A DNA stretch of 64,000 bases from Dirinaria sp. TL-2023a. Taxonomy: Eukaryota. Below, piece after piece: positions 62,717-64,000 of this stretch; position 1 is the first letter of the stretch; each line of letters starts with the position of its first letter. The DNA lies in the NCBI GenBank assembly GCA_051941275.1, contig JAVEBF010000002.1:1-64000 (forward strand), in the 5' to 3' direction. Under the pieces are notes generated by a model, which was not told the DNA's origin, made no database searches, and was given only the letters and a program-made list of their open reading frames with translations. A program made the position numbers and the translations under genes.

Positions 62717-64000
62717 ATGGCTGAGCGCTTCCTGGTCCAAGTAGACCTTGATTCGGTGCAGTCTTCTACATCAGAAGGTCTAGATTTGAAAACAATCTCG
62801 TATCTGGGTCGAGTACAGATTAAGATCACTCCTAAAAATTTTGCGTTGGCCAAGGACTTTCTCAAGAAACATTTTAATGATTTTACTACATACTGTGACG
62901 CCAACGAGCTAGAAGACCGTTTCGGTGATATTATTTCTTTACTTGACCATGGCGCCATGAAAGTCTTCGTTACACAATTTCAATTTGACGCCATCGCAAA
63001 AGAAAAGTTGTTGGGAGACTTTTCCAGGCTCATCGTCTCTCTCGATCATCCTGCCCGCTTAAACGACATATCTAACGCCATTCGTCAAGCTAAGGAATAT
63101 ATCAGAGGTGTTGTAGGAGATGCAACAGTAGGCATTGCCATCCCTGATGTACACGAAGACGTGGCTAAGGATTCTGGCTATCCCACAACATACATAACGA
63201 TTGCAAATGCGCAAAACACTTTGGATCTGTACAAAAAGGCTTTAATAAGCGGGCATGTTCCAATCATACCAGCTAAAGAGCTTACGATCGATCAGCAGAA
63301 GGACCCGCTCAAAATACCTGCCTGGCTCCTGATCACGACTGCAATTAAGACTGATCGTCCTGATAGTCTGTTTGCAACTGTGGTTACTAACGAACATGGG
63401 ATATGCCTGGGTCTAGTGTACAGCAGCGATTTGAGTGTCGCAGCAGCATTGAAGTCCGGTAATGGTGTGTACTGGAGCCGGTCACGGAACAAATTATGGA
63501 TCAAAGGAGCCGAAAGCGGGGATACACAAGATTTGATTAGCATTGGATGGGACTGTGATTCAGACGCTCTTCAGTTTACCGTTAGACAACATGGCAACGG
63601 TAATCGCGTGTTTAGATGAGTCAGGAGAAATTGCTTGCTGACTTGGTCCAGGTTTCTGCCATCTCAAAAGTCCTACCTGCTTTGGGGATTACTCTGGCCT
63701 GGCCCGTTTAGAAAAGACTCTCGACAGACGGAAAGGATCAGCTCCCGAGGGCTCTTATACCGCGAGGCTCTTTAAAGACCCTAGACTACTTGAAGCGAAG
63801 ATAATGGAGGAAGCAGGTGAACTTTGCGAAGCCACAAGTAAAGAAGATGTTGCCGCAGAAGCCGCAGATCTGTTCTACTTTGCTATGGCTCGGTGTGCAG
63901 CCATGGGAGTGAACCTCGAGGATATCGAGAAAAATCTAGATCTTAAAAGCGTCAAGACTTCAAGGAGACGAGGCGACGCGAAACCTCAATGGGCCGCAAA
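62717..64000 (+). CDS. HIS4: Trifunctional histidine biosynthesis protein (HisI/HisE domains visible), truncated by window end
   Basis: TDRPDSLFATVV, GVYWSRSRNKLWIKGAESGDTQ, DCDSDAL; after the intron ~63600-63651, GFCHL...GSYTARLF...KIMEEAGELCEA. Confidence 0.95.

Overview
Eukaryotic DNA from a filamentous ascomycete (Pezizomycotina-type genes, short GT-AG introns with CTRAY-like branch sites); any finer taxonomic placement would be a guess. About 1-26.7 kb and 38-64 kb are ordinary gene-dense housekeeping sequence: amidase, molybdopterin synthase small subunit, RNB exoribonuclease, alpha/beta hydrolase, DUF1479, RMD1-like, TEA/AbaA-like factor, MRD1 with an intronic snR64-like snoRNA, dynein LC8, DUR3 urea transporter, ATG2, adenosine deaminase, CNT transporter, RPL31, Chk1, UbcH10-type E2, a bHLH factor and HIS4 (cut by the window end). 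An ~11 kb gene-poor island (26.8-38 kb) holds the unusual material: (i) a duplicated orphan gene whose second copy has an array of seven near-identical 52-nt phase-0 introns separating variable micro-exons (superficially CRISPR-like); (ii) three tandem tRNA-like Pol III-type genes with intact acceptor/D/T arms but a non-canonical, expanded anticodon arm; (iii) degenerate orphan ORFs with internal peptide repeats. Separately, two adjacent DUR3 introns are homologous to each other. Splice junctions and alignments were read by eye and no databases were searched, so gene ends involving introns are approximate.
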